From Felis catus (Eukaryota): a stretch of 64,000 nt of DNA. This document shows positions 34,101-45,320 of the stretch, one piece after another. The notes beneath the pieces are model-generated. The model did not search any database. It had not been told where the DNA came from and was given only the letters and a program-made list of their open reading frames with translations. Location of the stretch: assembly GCF_018350175.1 (NCBI RefSeq), contig NC_058368.1:88104001-88168000 (forward strand), written 5' to 3'. Made by a program: the position numbers and the translations under genes. Every line of letters starts with the position of its first letter. Position 1 is the stretch's first letter.

Positions 34101-36614
34101 GGTTGGGGACGGGGCAGACACATCCCCAGACCCTCAAGGAGACAACAGGAAGGTGGGCATCAGCGGAGGGAGGGCACTGCCCTTGCAGAAAACGTGATGG
34201 ACACCTGTGGACCCCGCCCAGAAGCTCCTAGAGAACTGACCTCTCGATCCTGTCAGGGATCAGCCCAGGCGCCCCCAACTCAGCTGCCTAGTGGGTGAGG
34301 TCCAGCTGCAGATCCCACAGTAGGGTCAGCCCACCTCTGCATGGGCAGTGAAATTCCCTCCCCATGTACTGCTGGGGACATTTGCTCCCTGATGCAGAGG
34401 AGCAGGCCTAGCTCGCCTGTGGCCCTGACACCCCAGGGGAGCCGGGGAGTGCGGCCCCAGGGCACCGGGGCTCTGAGTGAGTGGATGTGCAAGCTGGGGC
34501 TCGGGGTCCTGGCCGCACCATGCCTGTGCACTGCAGTGCTGGGGTGCTGATGGGACAGGCATCAAGGCTCCTGGGCCCCTGGGCCCCTGGGCCCCTTTCT
34601 CTGGACCTGAGCCACTGTGGCCACCGAGATCCCCCAGGGGCCCGTCCTGGCTGGGCCTCCTTCAGGCTGGCAGCCAGCCTGTGTGCTGGGGCACCGAGCC
34701 CTGGGATGGCCCCCTCACCTCCTTGGGGGTCAAGAGGAGGTGTTGGCCAGCTCTCTGAGGAGAGCAGGTCCTTCAGGTGCCTGGGGGCCTGCCTGGAGGC
34801 ACAGATAGCCGCCATGCACTCCACATTCTTCACATGCTTTCTGCCCCAGGACACAAGTCCCTCCTGGGGTGAGCAGAGGGCGGTTCTGCCCAGCCTGGGC
34901 TCACTTCGAGTGCCCAAGCCCAGGTTCTGTGCAGGCAGCTTTTGGGGGCCCGGCCGGCCCACCCTGCCCCCAGCCCCGCATGCACACACGTGCTCACACA
35001 CACATGCACATGCTCGCACAAGTCCACACAGGGCCCGGCCCCTCTCCTCAGCTGGCTGGGCGGCGTTAAGCCTGTTCAAGAGGCCGCCTCAGCAGGGGTG
35101 GCCAGGCGCCCCGTGGACCCCGCCACAAAGCCTGGGTGACCTCTGACACGATTAGGGTCGCCCTGACCCTAATCCAATCAGATTGATTACCGCAGGCGCG
35201 GTCAGGCAGGCAGGCTGGGGCCTCCACAATGGCCTCCCAGAGCTGGCCTCTCTCTGGGGCACCTGGCAGCTCCTTCCTTGAGGGCCATTCAGCTCTGTGG
35301 CCACAATGAATTCCGCCATTTCTCAGCCCCGTGGAGGGCAAGGGGGAGAGGGGGCTTTCTATTTCCATCAAAGCCAAGTGGTGAGGGCCTGGGGGCTGAG
35401 ACAATTTTCCTGCAGCAGAAATGGAGGAAGGGTGGAGGCAGAAGGGGCAGACGGGAGGGGGCAGGAGAGCAGAGGGCAGAGAAAGGAGTGTGGACATGGG
35501 CAGGAGACATGGGGGTCACAGGGGAGTGGATGTGGGCAGTGGATGGAGGTGGACACAAGGAGGGGACATGGGGAGAGGATATGGGGACGGGACGTGGGAG
35601 ACATAGGTATAAGTGGACATTTTATAGGAGAGGGGCCAGGACACAGGCTTTCAAGAAAGCAAGGGGGTACAGGTGAGGATGGGGCTTCCTGGGGCTAAAG
35701 CCCAGAAGCCGGGGGCTTGTGTGGTTCTTGGGTCCCTGCTCCCTGGGCACTGGGGGGCCTGCTCTCCCCTGGTGAGAGCTCTGCTGTCATCCCAGACCCC
35801 TGGCAGGTATTCTCGGCACCCTGCAGCCCCCTCCACAGGCTAGGGTGTCCTCAGGAGTCCTGGCCTGGCCCTGCACCACTCCTCAGTGTCTTCACTTGTG
35901 ACCAGAGCCGCCATTCACCAGATAAGGGTTGGATTCAAGTCCTCCCTCCATGTGCGAACACTTAGCATGCCCCTAGAAAGCACTGTAAACATGCCCCTTT
36001 TCTCCAGCTCAGGTAACACCTCCTCTGGGAAGCCCACCCAACCACTCAGCACTTCCTTCTGTAGCACCAACTGTGTGCTTGGCACTGCCCCAGTGTCTTC
36101 CCTGCTTGCGTGCTGCGTGGGCATCTGCTGTGTGTGACGGGGGACCCACGGTGTACTGAGATCACCCCGCAGTGCCTGGTGCTTGTCCTGGGACCGTGAT
36201 GGTGGGGACGGAGTCAGGAAACGTGGAGCAGCTGTGGGGGCCTGGGCAGAGGGTGAAGGAGGAAATGGAGCTGAAGACCATGAGGACAGAGCCGAGCCGC
36301 TTTCAGACTGCAGGGAGCAGGGAGCAGTGAGGACAAGGTGCACAGGCAGGTCTCATGGGCAGGAAAGCCTGTGTGTAGTGGCAGTCCAAAGAGGGGGGGG
36401 AGTGGATAAGTCCCAAGGAGAGGGCTGGGGAGGAGGTGGTGGTAATGCAGGGCAGAGCAGCGGGGAATGGGTGCAGGGGCCAAGGACCCTCAGAGGCCAC
36501 CCTGCCTGAGGAGTTTGCAGGCATGTCTGAGCATAACCGGCGGGTTGTGGGTTTGCCCTGAAATGATGTAACCTGATGTATGCACATGTCTGAAAGGGAT
36601 AGAGCTCATGGCCA

Positions 36615-36785
36615 GGGAGAGTGATGCTGCATCCCAGAGGAATGACGGCTTACCCCAGGGATCTCCCAGGCAGGTCCATGTATCGCGGGGGGCAGTGGGG
36701 GCAGTGATGCTGTGTCCAAGCAGAATGACGGTTTACCCCAGGGGTCTACCAGGCGGGTCCATGTATCGCTGGGGGTGGGGGGGGC
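36615..36785. repeat. 83-bp tandem duplication
   Basis: agtgatgctg at 36620 and 36703. Both copies share gaatgacgg.ttaccccaggg and ggtccatgtatcgc. Confidence 0.92.
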
Positions 36786-37159
36786 ATGGAAACGGGCCAG
36801 GATCCTTGGATCACATGGGTGCTCCCAAGGCATCCTCACTTCCTCTCTGCCTGCCCCCTTAAACCCACCATCCCCAACTTGTCCCAGGAGGGGACTCCCT
36901 CCCAGGCTTCCAGGCCCTGGAGCTCTGTGCAGATCAGGTACATCCAACTCCTTGCTCTCCACAGTGAAAGGCAGACCCAACTGAGCCATGAGCTGACAGA
37001 TTTTTAAAACTTCTTGATAATAGATCACTATGTGATTTTTGTCGCACATAACTCAGGAAAAATTCAGAGAATCGAGAGATGCATCATAGCAAAACTCTCC
37101 TGTGTTACCTATTCTTTTGTGTGAATGAGGAACCTCACATCTGGATCTTTAACATTTAA

Positions 37160-37920
37160 GAACAGGTTGCCCAGTGGTGAAAGACAGAAAGCTGCCCCTG
37201 AGATCAGGAGGAAATTGGGGTGCTCATTCTGCTCACTGCCGCCCCACATTGTCCCGGAGGCTCCAGCCAGGGCTAGGAGCAAGAAAAAGAAATAAAGCGT
37301 ATCCAGATTGGGGGGAGGAAGGAAAACTGTTCCTGTTACTAAATGGTATGGAAACCCTATGGAATGCATAACACCTCTATCAGAACGGATAGACCATCAA
37401 CAACATTACAGAACATGAGGTTGATGTTGGAAACCAATCATCCCTTTCCATGCACAGCCACAAATAACCCAAAGGTGAGATTAAGAAAACATTTCCACTT
37501 ACAACAGCATCAAAAAGAGTAAAATACTTTGGAATAAATGAAACAGAATAACTGTAAGGTTTGTGTGCTGAAAACTGCCCCATGTCCCTGAAAGAAACTG
37601 AAGGAGGCCTAAGTATATAGAGAGACATTCCATGTTCATGGATTGTCTTAACATCAAAATGGCAATACTCTCCAGAGCGATCTGCAGAGTCAACCCAATC
37701 CTTAAAAATTCGAGGTGTTTTCTTTTTCTTTTTTGCAGAAATTGACAAGCTGATCCTGAAATCCATACAGAATGATAAGGGGTCCTGGATAATTGAGCAG
37801 TCTTGAAAAAGCAGAGCAAAGTTGGTGGACTCACACTGCTTTCTAACCATATGACAGAACCAGCAGAGAACAGACATGTAGACCATGGGGTAGAATAGAG
37901 GCCAGAAGTCAACCTACACT
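37160..37920 (+). mobile_element. Old L1 ORF2 fragment
   Basis: acagcatcaaaaagagtaaaatacttt, gagagacattccatgttcatggattg and gcagaaattgacaagctgatcctgaaatccata. Confidence 0.85.
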
Positions 37921-38805
37921 TCCTTCTCTGGCCTTCTGGTGGGGTCTGACCCAGCCTCACACTGCCTTCCTCCACCACCCAGGGGGTAGCTTCTCCAGGT
38001 AGGTCAGGCTCCTCTCTTCTTCCTGACATTCTTTCTCACCTGGGCAGCTGGAACCATCCGGGGGGTGTCTAGGGACCTGCTGGACATGCCTTCTCAGGCC
38101 ACAACACCCCTGGCCACAGGACACCATAGGACCTGTGTGGGTGGCAACCACACCACACATGTGTGCTTACACATGCACACACACATACATGTACATACTC
38201 ACGCACACATAGGCACACCCACCCACCATACACGCCCCCACATGGCTGATGCGCCACAGCGTCCTGTGACCCTGACTCCTCCCACACATGGCAGCAGCTG
38301 TCCCTATGGGGATGACCATGTAATTATCCCAACCAGCAGTTCTGTGAAGTCAGCTGAGTGGCAATTAGTCTCCCATTTTATAGACAGGGACGCTGACACT
38401 CCAGGAAGCCAGCTGACTCACCAGTCAAGGTCACATGGTGTGATCCCCCTCCCCTACATGGCCCCTGGGCATGGCCACAGCCACTTGAAGTCATGGAGCC
38501 TCAGGCCCTTGAACAAATGCCATCCAGCACAACCAACCCTCCATGAATGTTGGGTTGCACTCTCAGGAAACCCTTCAGCTCTCCATGCACACCAGTGGTC
38601 CCAGGGCTCAAATGTCTCTTGTCCTGCCTTCCTCGGCATACCAGAGGCAGCTTCACTGGTGGATGTTCTCCCTAGGGGACCTCAACATGCCACTGAGGGA
38701 TGGGGTCTGTGCCCCCTATCTTAGAACCCAGGTGGGCCTTTGTAACTGTCTTGGACAACAGAATGTAGTGCTGCATGGCCTCTGAGGCCAGTTATCAAAA
38801 GGTGG

Positions 38806-41525
38806 TATGGAGTCACATCAGCAAAATGGCAGAGTGAGAAGCTCCCAGGGCCCAACCCTCCAGAGAAACATGGAAAAAAGTGAAGCAAAAACTGTCAGAG
38901 CCAATGTCATCAGAGCCCTGAAAAGGGGTTCAAGGTGGTTAGCAACCAGGCAAATGCTGACTCCAGGAAAAGGTATCTTTGAAAAGGTTACACAGCCTGC
39001 CACCCTCAGCAAAGAGAGGTCTTAAGATGGCCAAATGCACTGATCCCACGTAGGTGGATGGTTCCAGAGGGAGGAGAGTAGATGTTCTCTGGAAGAATTT
39101 GTCTGATTTGACCTGTCTGGGGGTTCCCTGAAAAACTGATGCCCACATCAGAACTCTCTTGGGGTGTAACAGTGGTTAAGCAAGGGGTATTCCTGGTAAA
39201 CACTGAAAATGAAATGAACAAGCTGCTGCCTGTGAAGCAAAAAATTATAGTTGGGGCCAACAATAGACATACCGATCGCCTGGGGGGAAAGGTGGGGGAG
39301 AGCTGCTTTGGGGAGTGAAGGGTTTGCAAATCTCCTGTGGACCAAGAGACCTAAAGCCCACGTGCAAACCAAGGGCAGAATGCATACTCAAGAGAGACCT
39401 TCAGCTTCCACCTGTGCTGATCTGCTCAGTGCATGCAGGAAGCGAAGGCTAAGGCGGAGCAGTGAGCAGACTAGCTGAGGTTGAAGGCCTGCACAACACA
39501 GCCAATCTGCAAAGACCAGAGGAGTATTCTTTCTTTGCTTTGTTTCCCTTTTTATTTCCTCCAAGGCAAAGGAAATTTTTGCCAAACCACAAGCTAAAGA
39601 AGAGTCGGTAATGAAACAAGCTAGTACAACCCACAATAAGCACACTGAACTCTGTGGAGGGGAAATAATTTGATCTCCTGAGTGACCATTTATGATAATC
39701 ACAAGGTACAGATTCCAACAAAAAGTTTCAAGGCATGCAAAGATACAAGGAAGTACAGGTCCCTCATAGGAAAAAGGAAGTTAACAGAGGGTATCTCAAG
39801 GAAGCACAAATATTGGATATAGTGGACAAAGACTCTGAATCAACTATTCTAAGTCTGCTCAAAAGGATAAAAGAAACCAGGAGAACACGGTCTCAACAAA
39901 GAGAGAATTTCAGTAAATAGAGAGAAATTACAAAAGCAATGAAATAGAAATTGTGGGGCTGACAAGCATGATAACTGAAACAGAATATTTGCTAGAGGTT
40001 TTCAACAGCACAGCTGAGCAGGCAAAAGAAAGAATCAGTGACCCTGAAGATAATTCAATTGCAATAATGCAGTCTGAGGAACAGAATGAAATAAGAATGA
40101 AGAAAAATGAACAGACCTGTGGGACACCATCAAATGTAGCAACAAACACCACATTGTGGGAGTCCCAAGAGAGGACAGAGAGAAAGGGGCAGAAAGAATA
40201 TTTGAAGAAACAATGGCCAAAATGTTTCAAATTTGATAAGGAACTTGAATCAATATATCCAGGAAGTTCAACAAATTTCAACTTGGATAAACATAGAGAT
40301 CCACACTGATACATATTTCAATTGGCTATCAAAAGACAGGGATAAAGAAAATCTTTAAGCAGCAAGAGAGAAGCATCTCATTGTGTACAAAGAGTCCTCC
40401 ATGAGATTAATAACCAATTTCTCATCAGAAACCAGAGTCAGAAGGCAGTGGGATGATATATTTAAGGTACTGAAGGAAAACAGTGTCAACCAAGAATTCT
40501 ACATCTGGCAAAACTATTCTTCAAAAATGAAAGATTAACCTAGATGAAATGGATACATTCTTAGACACACACAAATACCAGAACTGACTCAAGAAGAAAT
40601 AGAACATCTGAATAGACCTAAATAACAAGTAGTAAGATCAAATCAATAATTTAAAACATCCCAAAAAAGCAAAGCTTCGCTTGTGGACTCTATCAATTAA
40701 AGAAGAATCAATCAACACCAATCCTTCTCAAGCTCTTACAAAAAATAGAAGAGGAGGGAACACTTCCTAACTCATTCTCTGAGGCCAGTGTTGCCCTAAT
40801 ACCAAAGCCAGACAAAGACACTACAGGGAAAGAGAACTACAGACCAATGCCCCTTGTACATATTGATGCAGAAATCCTCAACAAAATACTTGCAAACCAA
40901 ATCCTCCAGCATGTTAAAGGGATTATTGACCATGACCAATGGGGATTTATCCCAAGAATGCAAGGGTGCTTCAGTGTAGAAAAATCAACCAATAATAACA
41001 CATCACACTAAGAGAATGAAGGAACAAAACCGCCTGGGCATCTTAATTGGAGCAGAAAAAGCATTTGATATAATCCAACACCCTTTCATGATATGAAAAC
41101 GCAACAGATGAGGAATGGAAGTGAATTTCCTCAACCTGATAAAAGGAAGTTATGGAAAATCCACAGCTAACCTCTTACTCGATGGTGAAAGACTTAAGTG
41201 CTTCTCCCTAAGATCAGGAATAAGACAAGCTTGCCCGCTGTCGTCACTGCTACATGACATAGTGTGGCAGTGCTGGACAGAGCAATTAGGCAAGAAGAAG
41301 AAATCAAAGGTATACAAATCGGACAGAAAAAAGTAAAACTGTCACCATTAATAAGTGATTAATCCTATATATAGAAAATCCTAGGGGTGCCTGGGTGGCT
41401 CAGTCAGTTAAGCGTCCAACCTCAGCTCAGGTCATGATCTTGTGGTCCATGGGTTTTGAGCCTTGGGTTGGGCTCTGTGCTGACAGCTCAGAGCCTGGAT
41501 TCTGCTTTGGATTCTGTGTCTCACA

Positions 41526-41579
<54 letters not shown>

Positions 41580-43196
41580 AATAAACATTAAAAAATAAAA
41601 AAAAAAGAAAATCTAAGGAACCTACAAAAACCTCTCAGAGCTACAAGACAAATGAAGCAAAGTTGCAAGATATAGGATCAAAACACAAAAATTAGTTATA
41701 TTTCTATATAGTAGCAATGAACAATCCAAAAATGAAATTAAGAGAATAATTCCAATTACAATTACATCAAGAAAGATAAAATACTTAGGAATGCATTAAT
41801 GAGGGAGGTACAAGACTTGTACACCAAAAACTACAAATTGTTGCTGGAAGAAACCAAGGAAGACCTAAATACACAGGAAGGCATCCCATGTTCATGGATC
41901 AGAAGGCTTAACATTGTTAGGATGACAATACTCTCCCAAATAATCTCCAGACTGAATGTATTGCCCATCAAAATCCCCAAAACCTTTTTCACAGACATGG
42001 AGAAGCTAATCCTAAAATTCATATGGAATTGCAAGGCACCCAATTGCCAAAACAATTTTGTAAAAGAAAAACAGACTGGATGATTTGTACTTCCTGACTT
42101 CAAAACACACCACAAAGGTAAATCCATGAAAATAGTGTGGAACTAACAAAAGGGGAGTCGTATAGACCAAAGGAATGGAATTGAGAGTCCAGAAATAAAT
42201 CCACACATCCGTGGTCAATTGATTTTTGATGGGGGGCCAAGACCATTCAATGGGGAAAAAAATAATCTGTTCAACAACTGATGGGGCTGGAGTAACTGGA
42301 TTTCCACATGCAAAAGAATAAAGCTGGACCCCTACCTCACACCACACACAAACATTTACTCATTATAGATCAAAGATTAAATATAAGAGATGAAACTATA
42401 AAACTCTTAGAAGAAAATACAGGTGTAAATGTTTGTAACCTTAGATTAGGCAATGCTTACTTTAATATGACATTTCAATAGATAAGTTGGACTTCACCAA
42501 AATTTAAAACTATTGTGCATTACAGGACACGGTTACAACAATGAAAGGACAACCTATACAACTGGGAAAAGATTTGCAGATCATAGATCTGATAAGAATC
42601 CATTGTCTAGAATATATAAAGAGCTCTGAGAACCCAACAACAAAAAGACAAGCACTCCAATTAAAAATTGGGCAAAGAACTTGAATAGGAATTCCCCAAA
42701 GAGACATACCGATGACCCACAAGCCCATGAAAAGATGCTCAACATCATTAGGCATTGGGGACACGCAAAGAAAAACCACAATGAGATACCACTTTGCACC
42801 CACTGGGATGGCTGAAGGGAAGACACAGAATAACAAGGGTGGTAAGGATGTGGAACTGGAACCCTCGTGCACTGCTGGTGGGAACGTGAGATGGTGCAGC
42901 CCCTGTGGAAAACAGTGTGGTGTTTCCCCCAGAACTTACACAGAACAATTCCATGCTTGAGAATACATGCAAAAGATTCAAAAACAGGTATTTAAACAGA
43001 TACTTGTACAAAAATGTTCACAGCAGCGCTGTTCACAAGAGCCAAAAGGTAGAAATCACCCAAATGTGCATCAGTGACCAATGCATAATAAAATGTGGTC
43101 TATCTGCACAGAGAGCTATTACTCACCCCTAACAAGGCCTAAAGTGCTGACACACGCAGTGTGGACGAATCTTGAAAACATTATGCTGAGTGAAAG
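38806..43196 (+). mobile_element. Degenerate L1M element: 5' UTR, partial ORF1, internally deleted ORF2, partial 3' UTR
   Basis: ORF track shows ORF1-like ERISDPEDNSIAIMQSEEQNEIRMKKNEQ (39953-40309), RT-like SLRSGIRQACPLSSLL (41115-41336) and IPCSWIRRLNIVRMTIL..EKLILKFIWN (41799-42083). Multiple stops and frameshifts. Confidence 0.93.
41384..41605 (+). mobile_element. Can-SINE (SINEC_Fc-like) with expanded (TC)n, inserted in L1 ORF2
   Basis: Head ggggtgcctgggtggctcagtcagttaagcgtcc. TSD agaaaatccta (41373-41383) versus agaaaatctaa (41606-41616). Confidence 0.95.
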
Positions 43197-43886
43197 GCAC
43201 CTCTCTCCCTCCCCACCTGTCTGTGGCGCCCAGCCACCATATTGCAGAGGCCACTTTTGGCCACTTTTGGGTGTTGTTGCTGAGCATAGCCTCAGCTGCC
43301 AGACGTGTCCCAGACCAGGGACCAGCTGAGATGCAACACTGTTGACCTCTGATTTGCAGGTGTCGGGACATATGGCACATGGCTATTACTGCATAAACCA
43401 CTATGTTTGGTGAAAATTTGCTCTTCCCCAAAAGTTAACCAACACCCAACCCTTATCTTCTTCTCCTTCCTGGCCCCAGGACCCAGGATAACTCCCTCGG
43501 TGTGCCTCTGTGGCCCCCAACCCCTCCTCCCCTCCCTATGTTTTATTGTTTTAATACAAATTTTTTTTCTCTCCAAGACCCCCCTGAAGGCCTGGCTCCT
43601 GTGGGAAGCCTGCGATGGTTAATCTCGTCCTCCTGAGACCATACAATTTGCCTTGGGGAAGGGGAAGCAGGAGGGATCTCTGCATTACCCTACTCCTTTT
43701 GGAGCTGCAGGAGCCCCCTAAGAGGCTGAGGTCTGCAGGGCACTGCCCGCCCGCCGGAGGCGCTGCTCCTATGCTGAGCACAGGGGAGACACTGAGGTGG
43801 GTCAGGGAAGAGCGGCTCCTGGCACTGAAGGGGAGCTGCAAGGACCTACCACGTCCACCTGAAGGCCAAGATGGGGGCCCGCGTAC

Positions 43887-44128
43887 CTTTGTCCAGCACG
43901 GGGCCGAAGATGGCCAGGCTGTTGTTGACGGTGGTGCAGTTCCAGCGGCGGCCGCGGAACTGGTGCTGGCACTCCTGAATGCTTATCTTGATGCCCTCCG
44001 CCACGCTGGGCATGATCTCCACGTAGTTCCGGCAGAACCGCAGCTGCTTGGGCACCAGGCCCGGGATGCTGGCACACAGGATGGGCTGAGTGCCCAGGGA
44101 GGAGTACTGGGGTCCGATGGCCAAGGAC
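43887..44128 (-). CDS. WNT3A: WNT3A coding exon 2 (242 nt)
   Basis: Acceptor cctcctccccAG at 44130-44129. Encodes (W)SLAIGPQYSSLGTQPILCASIPGLVPKQLRFCRNYVEIMPSVAEGIKISIQECQHQFRGRRWNCTTVNNSLAIFGPVLDK. Donor GTACGC at 43886. Phase is compatible with exons 1 and 3. Confidence 0.98.
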
Positions 44129-44889
44129 CTGGGGAGGAGGGGAGGAGGCCTGATCAGTGGTGCAGCCGCCCTGCCCGCGCTCCTCAGTGCGCACGCGGCC
44201 ATTCTGCATGAAGGAAGAGCGTCTGCACCCTGTACCTGGATGGTACCAAACATCGTCCAGACGTGCATGAGGCGCGGTGGGAAAGCAACCAAGGAAACGG
44301 AGAGTGCAAGCCTGCCTGGTGCTCTGCACCAGTATAGGGGCTGTTCTGTCAGGGTGGGGGTAGCAGGGCAGCGGAGCTTTGGAAACGTGGGGAGCACAGT
44401 GTGCGACCGGTCAACCCCAGGGGGCTGCCCAGAGGAGGGGGTGCCAGCGGCCAGACAGGGCACAGCAGCGGCTGATCCTTGGGGTGAAAATCACCCTGCA
44501 CTCACGCCCGCGTGACAGCTGCTCTTGGCTATTTACCCAACAGACAGAAGGCCATGTGCCCTCCATGCCACGTGCCCACGGACATTCACAGCGCTGTGAT
44601 TAGGATGGAGCCACTTGAGTCTGCACCCACAGGGCGCAAGGGTGAACAGCTGCTGTTCACTCCCTCTCGGAAATGCAGCCCAGCATGCTTCTGACAGGTA
44701 GCAGGTGCCAAGGGGACACCTGGCTCGGCCAGTGTGTGCCCGCACCTCCGACTGTGGCCGTGGCCATGAGCAGTCGTAGATGAGGACATAAACCAGGGCT
44801 GTGGTTCCTCCTGAATTCCTGTGGGAATACCCCCCTGAGCGGAGGTGCAGAGGGAATGTCTCGGGGATGGTTCCCACTCACTGTGCACC

Positions 44890-45030
44890 TATGAAATTTA
44901 AGTTAAGTTGAACAACAAAAGAGAGGATTTTGGCTTTCCAGTCCCACCAGCTGCACACAGCTGTGGCTACTGAGCTGGACGGTCAGATAAGGGACATTTT
45001 GGTCCCTGTGGAAAGTTCTATCAGACAGCA
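44890..45030 (-). mobile_element. hAT-Charlie MITE fragment (MER3-like)
   Basis: gtggctactgagctggacgg..cagataagggacatttt..gaaagttctatcagacagcac resembles a MER3 terminus. Confidence 0.6.
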
Positions 45031-45213
45031 CCGGCCTGGGGCGATGGAAGTGCTCTGTGTTGGTTACACACGCGTTTATGTCTCGAGGCTGACTAAACCA
45101 TGTCTGTTTTACTGTATGGACTTGCATCTTGATTTCAAAGAAAGAACTGTCAGGTCCTTTTGGGGGCAGAGCAGAAAGAGCTTCTACAATTGTATGGGTG
45201 ACAAGTTGAAACA

Positions 45214-45320
45214 CCTGCCCGGACCCGTGGGGGATGCTGGATCCCACCACCTGTGGACACGTCGACCCAGTCCTGTGGGGAACACTGGATCCCGCCACCT
45301 GTATACTCCTCGGCCCAGTG
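45214..45320. repeat. 48-bp tandem duplication
   Basis: ggatccc.ccacctgt at 45239 and 45287. Confidence 0.85.

Noticed and set aside
2637..41605. tRNA genes suggested by A/B-box-like sequences
   Set aside because: All belong to tRNA-derived Can-SINE heads with CT-rich bodies and A tails.
38806..43196. Active L1 or domesticated reverse-transcriptase gene
   Set aside because: Fragmented by stops and frameshifts, endonuclease region missing, catalytic FADD region unrecognisable, and interrupted by a SINE.
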